DNA of 64,000 nt from Anaerohalosphaeraceae bacterium. Its GTDB lineage: Bacteria > Planctomycetota > Phycisphaerae > Sedimentisphaerales > Anaerohalosphaeraceae. Location of the stretch: contig CAXXSL010000005.1 of NCBI GenBank assembly GCA_963675525.2, forward strand, positions 1 through 64,000, in the 5' to 3' direction. The notes under the pieces are model-generated. The model was not told the origin of the DNA. It searched no databases and was given only the letters and a program-made list of their open reading frames with translations. Positions 30,951 through 41,443 of this stretch are shown one piece after another. The number at the start of each line of letters is the position of its first letter. Position 1 is the first letter of the stretch. Made by a program: the position numbers and the translations under genes.

Positions 30951-33900
30951 TTACTGTTTTTCCATTATCATTAATTCGGCGATTGAGGTAAACGGTTGCC
31001 CCCGGCTTTCCGAGTTGGCTGTCAACCTCAGGCAACGAGCTTGAACCGGTTTCGTAAATGACACAGTCTGAAGGCGTTTCGAAGCCTCAAATGTACCTGC
31101 TGCGGCCTGCTGCCACTGTTTGCCGTCTGTACTGACCTCAATGACATACTCTTTTATCCAGCCATTAGAACGATCCTGCGGGGAAAGATATTGCAGGCCG
31201 GACACTACAAGCGTATCCTTAAACTCGAGCATCAGCCAGTGCGGATGTTCCGACGCACCCCCACGCCACGACGTACGCCAGAATGTATCGGGATCTCCGT
31301 CGAGGGCGTTGACAGCAGGATTCGCTTTTGATTCACTGTCGGCAGTCACCTGTTCGACCTTCGCGGCAGTCGGATTGGATGAATTATCCAGAACATTGAT
31401 CGGCTCGTACATCTCTTCCGTTGCCGTGGCGACTTTGCGATAAGTTCCCGCGGTTTCAGGAGCATCTGATATCAAAGCCGGACCAGCGTAAAGAACGGCA
31501 AGTTCCGCCAATGAAGCCGAAATATCATCGCCAAAGCCGGATAAGGCTCGTATCTTAAGACAAACTGAGGCGATCTTTTTTTCAAAATCGACTCGTTGCG
31601 GGTCAAATGTTGATTCCAATTGCCCTTCGATGACCGGCTGCCATTGTTGGCCATCGTCACTCATTTCGACGGCAAACTGGCGGATATCTCCCTGATGCTG
31701 GCGGTTATCCTGTCGGTTCATGAATAACAATCCGCTCATTTCGACCGGCTGGGGGAAACGGATTAAAAGTTCATGGGGATGTTCTTTACTACCGCTGCGC
31801 TGTACGGTGGACCAATACGTATTCGGATTTCCGTCAATTGCATTATTTGCGCTGTAGGCTCCGTCGTCCCGAGCCGCCGAAGCAACCGCTCCCAGTTTCT
31901 GCATAATTTGATTATCAAACCGCAAACTGAGAAATTGTTCCGGTGTCAATTCAACCGCTGGGCGGAATGCATCCGTCGTCATATAGTCCAGCAGACTCTG
32001 GCGCAATTGTGCAGCAGCGGGGCGGTTCCCAAGATTGCGTTCCAGATCAGCAGCGCAAACAACCAGACGACCCTTGCCCATTCGGCATTCAAATACGGCC
32101 CCGAGTTTATAATTGCGATTCCAGTCATCAATGACTTGCACAAGCGGCTGCAACTCAGCGGGCAATGACCCTATATTGATCGCCCGGCAGGAAGGCCGAA
32201 AAACGCCTTCCCACTGCCAGTCATAGTAATCCTCTGTTGGAAATTTTGCCAGAGACGGATGCTTCGCATCACATACCAAACCCAGAAAACGTTCCCAGCT
32301 TGGTCCCATCAATCGATTCCAGAAGACCGGCACCTGTCCGATCGGTGGACTTTGCCATGCCAGTTCATGATACAGAGGCATAAACAGTACTTTTTGACCT
32401 TTTTCCAGAGCCTTCGTTGCCTCATCAAACGAACGGGTAACAACAATATCCGCAGGAATTGATTCCGAGATGATTGCCGGATAAAGCCAGAAATTCCAGT
32501 CATTTTCAAAACCCGTTCCGGACAATCCCACCACCAGTTTATAGGCCGCCGGAGCCGGCAGTTTGGATAAGTCCGCTTCCAGTTGCCCCAGCGGTATCGC
32601 GCTGCCCTGAGTAATTTTTTCTACCGGCCATTGACCCTCGGCCACTGCCTGCTGATGCGCATCACGAATTTGCCAATAAACATTAACCTTCTCAAGAGCC
32701 GCTTTTCCATAGTGCGCAATCAGAACATCGATCTTAAAAATATCATCCATCGTAAAGACACGTTTCCTAAGCACAGCCAACGGAACGGTGGTATTACAGA
32801 ATCGACGCCACTGGCCTGCGGTCACATATCCTTTTTCTTCCCAGAACGCATCCAGCACCCCGACCAATGCGGTTCCCTGGCCAAGGTAGTCGTGCAGGTC
32901 CAAAAGCTGAAAACCCGCCAGACCCGGTGTCCGAAGATTCGCTTCGATTTCCTCTTTGTAGCAGGCGACCTGAAAATGTCCTGATGCCTGGGCAAATGCT
33001 TTATCTTTGTCCAGCAGGCCGGCTTTTTTCATTGATTCTCGAAATATCTCATAATTGCCGGGCTGCATATAACCGGTCAACTTCTTTGTTACATCAAAAT
33101 CCGGAAACGCACACCACTGTCCGAGTTCATGCACGATGATCGGAACATCCACCCCGCGGGTCGAATTGAGAAAGTCTCGACCGAACCAGGCTCTTCTGCC
33201 GCGAACCGGTCTTCGGCCGATACGCATTGCAGCCAGAAAATCAGCATCCTCCACATGGCCGGGTCTGTCGATTAGTGGCCATCCCGTTTCCGGTGTATAA
33301 AGCCTTCGCGGATCTTTTTGACGATAGTGCTTAACCCATTCCGTCAACGATTCTTTCCAGCGGCCTTTCGGTTCATTACTCGGCGAAAACAGGACAAACG
33401 AAGGATGATTGCCGTAGGCGCGCAGCATTCGGTCAGTTTCCTCGTACAGACGTTTTTCCATGTCGGTGCCGGGATTGATCTCATTCCACATTCCCGCTTC
33501 CGGCTGAAGATACATACCCAGTTCGTCAGCCGCCTCAAATGCGGCTTCCGGCGGACAAAATGAGTGAAAACGGACATGATTCAATCCCCAGTTTTTACAG
33601 GTCCTGAAAAGGTTGCGCCAATAGTCAACGTCCGTAGCCGGATAGCCTGTCAGCGGAAAATCGCCGCCCGAATGAGTGCCGCGAAAATCACTTTGGCGGC
33701 CGTTGACCAGCAAACGATTTCCGTCAGTGCTGATTTGTCGCAGACCAAAAGTAATCGTTCGAGAGTCATCTGCCTGTTCACCTTTCAGATATATGGTAAG
33801 ATGGTGCAGTGCCGGATCAAACTCGTCCCAGAGCTTTGCATCGGCACCAAGCTCAACTTCAATTTCCGCCTGCCCGCCTTGGGCTGTCCAGGTAACCGGT

Positions 33901-34703
33901 GTTTGAACATCGCCCGCCTTCAGGATGCCCTTGCCTGTCTGCTGCGTTACATTTCCGATACGAATGTCCAAACGAACGGATTTCTTGTCAATATCTCCAA
34001 AAGCCTGCACCTCGTCAATCCAAACGGGACTTGTACTATAAAGCTCCGTCTTTCCGACAATCCCATTCCATGTACTGCCCAAAGAATCCGACACGCTGTG
34101 ACCGTCGGGCCGATAATTCATTTGCATCCGGTTATCGACGCGAATCGTCAATTTATGTTGACCCGGACTCAACAAGCCTAACTCAAAAACATGGGGAGCC
34201 ACAAGGCTGTCCTGGGAACCGATGGGGTTGTTATCAATCCAGGCTGTCGTTTTCCAGCGTGCCCGTTCCAAAAAGAGTCCAATTCGACGTCCCTGCCAAT
34301 CCACAGGAATGTCTATGGTCCGCTGATACCAGGCTGCGCCTAAATAATGTCGTGGCGGCTGACAGAGAAAAGGAACTTTAGCATTGCCGGGCCGGGCAAA
34401 TTCCTTGAAGTCTTTACGTAAATACCAGTAGCGGTCATACAGGGAAAGCACCCACGGCGTGTCAATGCCAATCGGATCGCCATACTCCTGACTCTGCAGT
34501 GCCCCCGGCAGAGTGATGCGTCCGGGAAAAGTCCGGCAGTACCATTGTTCGTCAATTCCGCAGTCGTCACGATCCAAAGCAAACCGCCAGAGTCCTCCCA
34601 AAGAAATGGTCTCTTTCAGGCTGGTGTTTACCTGGGCGAACAGTCCGCTTGGGGCGCTGCAAAGCAGCAGATAGACAATCCATTGACCGCAGCTACCCTG
34701 CAT
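30951..34703 (-). CDS. GH2-family glycoside hydrolase with two F5/8 type C (CBM32-like) domains
   Basis: SLGGLWRFALD, GAAWYQR, GLNHVRFHS, NHPSF..SNE, HELGQW; two NAIDG/NALDG..TYW/TFW discoidin repeats at the C-terminus. Confidence 0.85.
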   Translation of the reverse strand: MQGSCGQWIVYLLLCSAPSGLFAQVNTSLKETISLGGLWRFALDRDDCGIDEQWYCRTFPGRITLPGALQSQEYGDPIGIDTPWVLSLYDRYWYLRKDFKEFARPGNAKVPFLCQPPRHYLGAAWYQRTIDIPVDWQGRRIGLFLERARWKTTAWIDNNPIGSQDSLVAPHVFELGLLSPGQHKLTIRVDNRMQMNYRPDGHSVSDSLGSTWNGIVGKTELYSTSPVWIDEVQAFGDIDKKSVRLDIRIGNVTQQTGKGILKAGDVQTPVTWTAQGGQAEIEVELGADAKLWDEFDPALHHLTIYLKGEQADDSRTITFGLRQISTDGNRLLVNGRQSDFRGTHSGGDFPLTGYPATDVDYWRNLFRTCKNWGLNHVRFHSFCPPEAAFEAADELGMYLQPEAGMWNEINPGTDMEKRLYEETDRMLRAYGNHPSFVLFSPSNEPKGRWKESLTEWVKHYRQKDPRRLYTPETGWPLIDRPGHVEDADFLAAMRIGRRPVRGRRAWFGRDFLNSTRGVDVPIIVHELGQWCAFPDFDVTKKLTGYMQPGNYEIFRESMKKAGLLDKDKAFAQASGHFQVACYKEEIEANLRTPGLAGFQLLDLHDYLGQGTALVGVLDAFWEEKGYVTAGQWRRFCNTTVPLAVLRKRVFTMDDIFKIDVLIAHYGKAALEKVNVYWQIRDAHQQAVAEGQWPVEKITQGSAIPLGQLEADLSKLPAPAAYKLVVGLSGTGFENDWNFWLYPAIISESIPADIVVTRSFDEATKALEKGQKVLFMPLYHELAWQSPPIGQVPVFWNRLMGPSWERFLGLVCDAKHPSLAKFPTEDYYDWQWEGVFRPSCRAINIGSLPAELQPLVQVIDDWNRNYKLGAVFECRMGKGRLVVCAADLERNLGNRPAAAQLRQSLLDYMTTDAFRPAVELTPEQFLSLRFDNQIMQKLGAVASAARDDGAYSANNAIDGNPNTYWSTVQRSGSKEHPHELLIRFPQPVEMSGLLFMNRQDNRQHQGDIRQFAVEMSDDGQQWQPVIEGQLESTFDPQRVDFEKKIASVCLKIRALSGFGDDISASLAELAVLYAGPALISDAPETAGTYRKVATATEEMYEPINVLDNSSNPTAAKVEQVTADSESKANPAVNALDGDPDTFWRTSWRGGASEHPHWLMLEFKDTLVVSGLQYLSPQDRSNGWIKEYVIEVSTDGKQWQQAAAGTFEASKRLQTVSFTKPVQARCLRLTANSESRGQPFTSIAELMIMEKQ

Positions 34704-34905
34704 CCTGATTACCTCATCAACTTAATATTATTCGCACAGATTTCATTTAAGAAATCGCATTTAAACGGGGCGGTTCCAACTCATCCAAAACGACGGCAGA
34801 GCCGTCAGTAATAATTTATCATATCAGCAGCAAAAGTCCCTTTCAAGCCAATACTTATATAACCACTCACAATTGTCAATCTACAATACGATGATATTTG
34901 TTTTT

Positions 34906-35047
34906 TATCTGTGAAGCGGAAAGCGCCTCCTCATAAATATGCACATCATCGATTTGGGCCCTGAAGATAAGGGGGGACGCCCGTAGCACAATAAGCACCA
35001 ATTTGGACATTTTCAAGCGAACCGGTATTGATTGGCTCGTCCGCGAA
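34906..35047 (-). pseudogene. Decayed fragment of the LamG tail found in the PL11 genes
   Basis: Reverse strand reads FADEPINTGSLENVQIGAYCATGVPPYLQGP/(+1)/IDDVHIYEEALSASQI, versus FADEPINSGSAEDVKIGAYLAAGGPRYFQGLIDEVRIYDTALTQAEI in 14905-17835. Confidence 0.85.
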
Positions 35048-35580
35048 TATAGTTGTTTGCCTCAATCCGATACCCACTTTTTTGAAAACAAACACCTTTA
35101 AATGTAGACATTCCAAGTCGCCTTTGCAGGGTTAGGTTCCTAAAATTGCCTGGGATTATAGTCATGAGCTTATTTCCTTAATATTAGGGGTATAAGACAC
35201 CTATAGGCTTACAACCCTACTAGTAGTATAGAGATACTTCTCAAAAATGACGATTTTTTTGATTCTTTTTTTAAAATTCCTGAAATAAGCCAATGTTAAT
35301 ATTACGAAATCCGGATATTTATAGAATTCGAATTAAATTATACTCTCTGGTAGAAAAAATGTTAAGTAATCAGATATAGAGTAGGAATATCAGCATTGAA
35401 AAGGGGAATTTGGATCAAAAAATTTGATTAATATGTTAAAATAAAGAACAGGATAAACCTTCAAATAGTAATTTTATGGGGCTTTGAGAAATTATATTAT
35501 TTATTTTTTTTGTAAGAATTGAGCGAAACAAGAAAAGGTATAATAGAGGGACCTTGTTTTAAGGTCTCTATGGTAAAGCT

Positions 35581-36117
35581 ATGAATAACGATAAAAATAA
35601 TAAAGAACTCGCTGTTTTTTGGGCACAGTCGCAACCGACTGTCGCCGCTTTCATCCATTCTCTGGTTCCGAATTTTCAAGATGCTGATGATATCCTGCAA
35701 AATGTTGCCATTATCACGGTCGAAAAATTTGAAAAATATGACCGGGAACGTTCTTTTTCTGCATGGTGTACAGGAATTGCAAAAAACCTGATCCTGAATT
35801 ATTATTCAAAAAAAGGCGGCAAGCGGTCCATCTTAGGGATAGAGGCAATTGAAAAAGTGGCTCAGGTTTATGAGCAGGACCCACATAGCATTCATGACCA
35901 GATAGAGTCCATGAGAAAGGCATTAAAAAAGTGTCTGTCTCTGCTCAAAGGCAAAATAAAGAAGATGGTTGAGATGCACTATATGGAAGAATTAAGTCCG
36001 GCACGAATTGCCCAGCTTTTGAGTCTGTCTCCAAACAATGTTTCAGTCACACTTCACCGTGTCAGATTGTCATTAAAAGCATGTGTAAAACGAGTCCTTT
36101 CTGAGGAAAATATATGA
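35581..36117 (+). CDS. ECF RNA polymerase sigma-70 factor (Planctomycete/Verrucomicrobia gvs1-like)
   Basis: DADDILQNV (region 2), SFSAWCTGIAKN, region 4 IAQLL..SPNNVSVTLHRVRLSLKACV; overlaps the next gene by 4 nt. Confidence 0.93.
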   Translation: MNNDKNNKELAVFWAQSQPTVAAFIHSLVPNFQDADDILQNVAIITVEKFEKYDRERSFSAWCTGIAKNLILNYYSKKGGKRSILGIEAIEKVAQVYEQDPHSIHDQIESMRKALKKCLSLLKGKIKKMVEMHYMEELSPARIAQLLSLSPNNVSVTLHRVRLSLKACVKRVLSEENI

Positions 36118-37859
36118 CAGAGCGATCCGAACAACTTATCAGCATGTTTCTTCAGACTCCGGTTGCTATGACAGAGCAGCAGAGGCAGGAATTATCCGCA
36201 TGGATCACCCAGGGTACCAAAAACACGAAGGAGTTTATACAAGCCTCTCTTTTCCACCGATGCATCCATGAAGTGTTACTTGTTTCGGATGTAGAGAGAA
36301 ACCGTATTATCCAGGACGACACGAACATCCCGAATATGAGTTCGGGATCATTTGACCGACAGTTGTGGGACATGTTGTTGAAGGAGGAAGAGACCGCTCC
36401 CGAAATTGAAATTGAACGTCCTGTACCAGAAAAAGAGCCGATTCAATATGTAAAGCCCGAAAGAAGACAACGCAAATTCAACAAAACATCTTTTATTGCA
36501 GTCGTTACTGCGATCGCAGCAATGATTTTACTAATTATTTATGTCCAACTTGTCCCCTACACTTTAGATGTAGAGGTGGCAACGCTGACAGAGACAGTTA
36601 ATGCCCAGTGGGCCGAAACAGCAGGGCCAACAAGTCCCAACACCCGCTTGATGACAAACCATAAACCACTTATGCTGCGAAAAGGATGTGTAGAACTGGT
36701 TTTTGACAACAACGCGAAGGTCGTTTTGGAAGCCCCTGTGGAATTTCAAGTACTCTCTTATGATCAAATTAAACTGTCTTACGGCCGTCTTTATGCAACC
36801 GTTCCGAAGGAGGCAGTGGGATTTATTGTCTCGACTCCCACATCTAAGATCATTGATCTGGGCACGGAATTCGGTGTTGAGACAGGATTCGATGGAACCA
36901 CGGAACTCCATGTTGTAAAGGGAAAGACCTCATTGGTTTCGGGGTCTGCCGACAATAAAATAAGCATCTTATTAAATGAGGGATCCGCGAAGAAAATAAC
37001 CGAGAACGCGTCGGCGCCCATCGACATTCCGTGTGACGAACAGATTTTTGCACGCCGGATCGATTCTCAAAGCCGATTTGTTTGGCGAGGGCGGAATGTC
37101 AGTCTTGCCGATATTGTTGGTGGCGGAAACGGTTTTGGTACCGGGCAGTTCGACAAGGGAATCAACCCATCGACGGGCAGTTCGACTCAGTCTCTATTTA
37201 GTAAAAGTGTGTATGCCGGCCCGGAACATTATGTTCCTGTTCCATCTGTTCCTTATATCGATGGCGTCTTCGTTCCGGGAATTAACTCCGGTTCCACACA
37301 AATCAGTTCGTTTGGATTAACAACTAACGAGTTTCCTGCTACTTCCGGTGAAATATGGGGCTATATTTTCGACGGGGCGTGGCACGAGAGCGATGATACC
37401 CCTCGTCATCATTTACAGCTTAATGATATAGAATTAGGCAATAAAGAAAACCCCGCCATTACCATGCATTCGAATCTGGGTATTACATTTGATCTTTCGG
37501 CGATTCGGAAAACACTCCCCGGCGTAAAAATTAACTCATTTTCTTCGGTGTTTGGCGTTTCCCAGACCGTTGAGAAAACGCTGAAAACGCGGGATTTCAG
37601 TGCCATTGCTGATATGGCAGGGGTTGATAAACTATCCAAAGAGCGACACTCTGCTGCTGAGTTCTGGGTTTTGCTGGATGGAAAAAAAGTCCTGCGGCAG
37701 AAGGTTTTCAGCGGATCGAAACCCGGCACGATTGATATCCCGATCGATGAGGGGGTCCGGTTCTTGACACTGGCCGTCACCGAAGCGGATGATACATTCA
37801 TGTTTGACTGGGCGGTTTTTGTCCGGCCGGAATTGATTTTGGAATCGGTTGCTAAATAG
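36114..37859 (+). CDS. FecR-like transmembrane anti-sigma/sensor with C-terminal NPCBM-like domain
   Basis: Single TM near aa 127-147, FecR signature TPTSKIIDLGTEFGV..TELHVVKG, C-terminal FWVLLDG..RFLTLAVT..DWAVFVRPEL. Confidence 0.85.
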   Translation: MTERSEQLISMFLQTPVAMTEQQRQELSAWITQGTKNTKEFIQASLFHRCIHEVLLVSDVERNRIIQDDTNIPNMSSGSFDRQLWDMLLKEEETAPEIEIERPVPEKEPIQYVKPERRQRKFNKTSFIAVVTAIAAMILLIIYVQLVPYTLDVEVATLTETVNAQWAETAGPTSPNTRLMTNHKPLMLRKGCVELVFDNNAKVVLEAPVEFQVLSYDQIKLSYGRLYATVPKEAVGFIVSTPTSKIIDLGTEFGVETGFDGTTELHVVKGKTSLVSGSADNKISILLNEGSAKKITENASAPIDIPCDEQIFARRIDSQSRFVWRGRNVSLADIVGGGNGFGTGQFDKGINPSTGSSTQSLFSKSVYAGPEHYVPVPSVPYIDGVFVPGINSGSTQISSFGLTTNEFPATSGEIWGYIFDGAWHESDDTPRHHLQLNDIELGNKENPAITMHSNLGITFDLSAIRKTLPGVKINSFSSVFGVSQTVEKTLKTRDFSAIADMAGVDKLSKERHSAAEFWVLLDGKKVLRQKVFSGSKPGTIDIPIDEGVRFLTLAVTEADDTFMFDWAVFVRPELILESVAK

Positions 37860-37921
37860 CGGATTATTCATGGTTGAAAAACTTTATATTGACAGTTAAC
37901 GATTTATAGGACGGAGAAGAT

Positions 37922-38812
37922 ATGAAAAAACTAAAAGGATTTACATTAATTGAGTTACTGGTTGTGATCGCGATCATTGCCTTGCTGATGGCGGTTATCC
38001 TGCCTTCCCTGAAAGCGGCCAAGGAGTTGGCATCCGGTGCGGTGTGTGTCTCCAATCAACGGCAATTATGCCTGGCCTGGACGTCTTATGCAGAGAACAA
38101 TGACGATTTTCTTGTCGGTGGGTCCAATTACTACAACGGAAACCGTCCAACCCCGTATCGCTGGGTGGAAGTCCCTTTGTACAACGATACCGACGTTCTG
38201 CCAGGAGATACGCCGGCCCCAGAAGCGGCGTTTTCGATCGAAACGCGACAAAACGGTATTCGTGCCGGTAAATTATACCCCTACACGGGTGACGAAGATC
38301 TTTATCATTGTCCCGGCGACAAAAATTACAGAAAAGCGGAACCGGACGCTGTCTTTCGCAGTTATGCCATCACCGGTCTGATGAATGGAGAGGACTTTGC
38401 GCCCAATGGACGTTCTGGCGGTCTGTATGGTCCGATCGTCAATTATCGAACAGCCACGGTTTCGCCCACTGGTGGGGCCACAAAACTACTGAAAGTTGCT
38501 GTTAAGGGTTCTCAAATTCGTTCTCCCGGTACCAAGCATGTGTTTGTGGAGGAAGACGTTACCCAAAAAGGACAAAAATTCAATTACGGTGGATTTGTGC
38601 TGCTTAACGGGGGTTATAATTGGTGGGATTGGCCGGCATATTTCCATAATGATTCCAGTACGATCGGTTTTGCCGATGGTCATGCCGAACGGCATAAGTG
38701 GCAGGACCCGGATACGATCAAGCTGATGAAGGGTGAGATATATAGCGACCCGGATGCAGCTAACAATGAAGATCTGGCCTGGATGGTCAGTGGCTATATT
38801 CCTATGCCCTGA
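37922..38812 (+). CDS. Prepilin-type N-terminal cleavage/methylation protein (DUF1559-like, H-X9-DG motif)
   Basis: KGFTLIELLVVIAIIALLMAVILPSL, CVSNQRQL, YHCPGD, HNDSSTIGFADGH. Confidence 0.92.
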   Translation: MKKLKGFTLIELLVVIAIIALLMAVILPSLKAAKELASGAVCVSNQRQLCLAWTSYAENNDDFLVGGSNYYNGNRPTPYRWVEVPLYNDTDVLPGDTPAPEAAFSIETRQNGIRAGKLYPYTGDEDLYHCPGDKNYRKAEPDAVFRSYAITGLMNGEDFAPNGRSGGLYGPIVNYRTATVSPTGGATKLLKVAVKGSQIRSPGTKHVFVEEDVTQKGQKFNYGGFVLLNGGYNWWDWPAYFHNDSSTIGFADGHAERHKWQDPDTIKLMKGEIYSDPDAANNEDLAWMVSGYIPMP

Positions 38813-38990
38813 TAATGGCATGGGGGATACAAGAAATGAAAGACAATAGTTTGGAGGGCAGGTGAAATGGAGAGAGTGGGATATTTTGGTAAATCTTAAT
38901 TACAGGAAAGTAGGTAAGTATGTGGTTTTATGATCAAATTGTTATCGCTGGGAAAAGATGAGAAGAATTCTTTTTAGAAAGGGTATTAGG

Positions 38991-40571
38991 ATGAAAAAGG
39001 TATTTTTAACGGTATTGATTTTTTGTTTGATGAGTGTGGCCGCTCAGGCTGATCTTGTGACGCAACCGTATATCGCGGGTGATTTCAACAGCTGGGCCCC
39101 GGGTGCCACCCCGATGACTGAAACCTCGCCTGGAAGTGGGATATGGGAGTACACGATCACCGGAGTTGGCGCCGGAACATATCAGCAGTTCAAAATTACC
39201 CCTGGGGATTGGAGTACGACTGCCCCCGCGTCGAACAGTTGGTACAGCGCCGATGATTTGGGCCAAGTCACCATCACGTTTAACACGAACATCGTGTCAG
39301 ATGGGTGGCTGCCCGAGCAGTTCCGGGTTGGCGTAAGTACCGAACCGGGTGCCTGGTCACTTGTCGGCGACTACATGGATGAGATTGGCGGGGCCGATTG
39401 GACCAATAATGACCCGACACAGGCGATGACTCCGCTGGGCGGCGGGATTTATGAAATAACCCAGACATTGCCGGCCGGCAACTGGCAACTTAAGCCGACT
39501 AACACAGGCTCATGGGATGCGATCGGATTAGATGGGCGGTCTATTGATGCGTGGAACTATTATATCGAGCTTTCTTCGGATACCGAAATAACTGTGTATG
39601 TGAATGCTTATGCCGGTACGATGGGGATTGGAGGGGAGGTTGACCTTTCAGATCTTCTTAATAAGGCTTACGATCCCGTTCCGAAAAAAGGCGCTGTGGT
39701 GGTTACAGATTCCGTGACGGCACTGAGCTGGACCAATCCGGACCCGAACAATTCGGCCGATACGATCACCTGTGATGTCTATTTCCTGGATGCGGGACTT
39801 ACAAAGTTGATCAAGGACCCGAACATGGGGCCGGATGTTATAGGCGCGGGTGTTAATCTGATTGCAGATAATACTACTGCTGAAACGGCTGCTTTACCGC
39901 CTTCAGTTTTACCGCTCGCTGATGACCACTATTACTACTGGGCAGTTCATGCTACCGACCCGCACGGAGATCCGAACACCGGAGGCCCCGTTACAACTCA
40001 AGGTGATATCTGGTTTTTCTTTACAGGGGATGCGGCTCCTGACCCGGGTAAGCCTGTTGACCAGTATATGTGGCTATCTCAAGATGACTCCGCAATAGGG
40101 GGCTTTGGGGATACCAATCCCAATGTAAGGTATTTCCAGGTCACTGCGTCTTATACCGACGACGGAAAGAGTGCGATTACCGATGCCAACTTTGTAAATC
40201 TGAACTGGGGCTGGGACCCGGCCAACGACGAGCTTGGCATAACAGAAGTCAGTGATGTTCACACACCGGGTGTAGGTGGTGGAACTGTCACAGCAATCTA
40301 TAAGACTGAATACAACGCAACAGATCCGAATTTCACCACAATTCTTCCCGGTTATTGGCAGATTCGTCTTGAGGTGACTGACGCTACCGGCACGGCCCAT
40401 GGAACCGCTGGTATCCACCGGATTTTTGAAACCTGTGGGGAAGCGGCTGATGCCGATCCTAGTGATCTCTATGATGGATACTATGACACGAACAATGACT
40501 GCATCGTTAATTTGGCAGATTTTTCAGATTTTGCAGCAAAATGGCTTTACCAAGGCGTCAAGTACGAGTAA
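38991..40571 (+). CDS. Secreted protein with two putative alpha-glucan-binding beta-sandwich modules and a dockerin-like tail
   Basis: Signal peptide; repeats YIAGDFNSW..MTE..GIWEYT..QFK and SLVGD..W..MT..GGIYEIT resemble CBM48/X25/SusE-F-type modules; tail DTNNDCIVNLADFSDFAAKWL. No catalytic motif seen. Confidence 0.75.
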   Translation: MKKVFLTVLIFCLMSVAAQADLVTQPYIAGDFNSWAPGATPMTETSPGSGIWEYTITGVGAGTYQQFKITPGDWSTTAPASNSWYSADDLGQVTITFNTNIVSDGWLPEQFRVGVSTEPGAWSLVGDYMDEIGGADWTNNDPTQAMTPLGGGIYEITQTLPAGNWQLKPTNTGSWDAIGLDGRSIDAWNYYIELSSDTEITVYVNAYAGTMGIGGEVDLSDLLNKAYDPVPKKGAVVVTDSVTALSWTNPDPNNSADTITCDVYFLDAGLTKLIKDPNMGPDVIGAGVNLIADNTTAETAALPPSVLPLADDHYYYWAVHATDPHGDPNTGGPVTTQGDIWFFFTGDAAPDPGKPVDQYMWLSQDDSAIGGFGDTNPNVRYFQVTASYTDDGKSAITDANFVNLNWGWDPANDELGITEVSDVHTPGVGGGTVTAIYKTEYNATDPNFTTILPGYWQIRLEVTDATGTAHGTAGIHRIFETCGEAADADPSDLYDGYYDTNNDCIVNLADFSDFAAKWLYQGVKYE

Positions 40572-40610
40572 ATATGCCCGTAAATGGGGCAAAAACAGCG
40601 TATTTTTAAT

Positions 40611-40647
40611 AAGGGTCTCCCTGCTTGGCCGGCAGGGGGAACCTTTT
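40611..40647 (+). terminator. Stem-loop with short U tract between the two binding-protein genes
   Basis: aagggtctccctgc-ttggccg-gcagggggaacctttt. Confidence 0.55.
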
Positions 40648-40731
40648 AACAAAAGTGAAGTGTGTGTGAAGCAGTGTGATGTGTGTTTAGTAGTACGTAC
40701 TAACTAATTTATTTTTGTGGAGGATCGAAAG

Positions 40732-41415
40732 ATGAAAAGAGTATGTTTAATTTTGTTGATGTGTGTGATGGCGGCGGCGGTTCAAGCTGATCTTGTGACG
40801 CAGCCGTACGTCGCGGGCGAATTCAATAGCTGGAATGCTACAACCAACCCGATGGTAGATATGGGAGGCGGTATTTGGGAGTACACGATCACCGGATTGG
40901 CCCCCGACCAGTGGCAGCAGTTCAAAGTTGCCGGTGAGAATTGGGATGGGGATGTTCCCGCGGCGAACAGTTGGTACAACGCCGATAGTGCGGGTGAAGT
41001 CACGATTACGTTTAACACGAATGTCGTGTCAGACGGCTGGGTGAGAGAACAGTTCCGCATAGGTGTCAGTACCGAACCGGGCAGTTGGTCGCTTGTCGGC
41101 GACTTTAATGGTTGGAACAATAATGATGCGGCACAGCTGATGACGTCGTTGGGCGGCGGGATTTATGCGATCACCAACACCTGGGGCCCCGGCGTGTATA
41201 ACTTTAAACCGACGTGGACAGGGACGTGGAATGCGATCGGCACAGATGGGCGGTCTGTCGATGCGTGGAACTATTGGCTCGACCTCGCTTCGGAATCCGA
41301 AGTTACGGTGTATGTGGATGCCTTCGCGAATGTGATGAAAGTGGACGTTGTTCCTGAACCGGCAACGATGGTTCTGTTGGGTTTGGGCGCGCTGTTGATT
41401 CGGCGTAAGAAATAG
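40732..41415 (+). CDS. PEP-CTERM protein carrying the same two binding modules as the upstream paralog
   Basis: ADLVTQPYVAGEFNSW.. paralogous to 38991-39620; ends VPEPATMVLLGLGALLIRRKK; RBS ggagg before ATG 40732. Confidence 0.9.
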   Translation: MKRVCLILLMCVMAAAVQADLVTQPYVAGEFNSWNATTNPMVDMGGGIWEYTITGLAPDQWQQFKVAGENWDGDVPAANSWYNADSAGEVTITFNTNVVSDGWVREQFRIGVSTEPGSWSLVGDFNGWNNNDAAQLMTSLGGGIYAITNTWGPGVYNFKPTWTGTWNAIGTDGRSVDAWNYWLDLASESEVTVYVDAFANVMKVDVVPEPATMVLLGLGALLIRRKK

Positions 41416-41443
41416 ACCCATTGAGTGTACAGTGTAAGTATTC

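Noticed and set aside
37922..38812. Type II secretion or type IV pilus operon
   Set aside because: Only one pilin-like gene; no ATPase, secretin or platform genes in the window.
12468..41440. Shared ECF promoter motif (tgtaag at 12468, 35511, ~41433)
   Set aside because: No consistent spacing or common -10 element could be established by eye.
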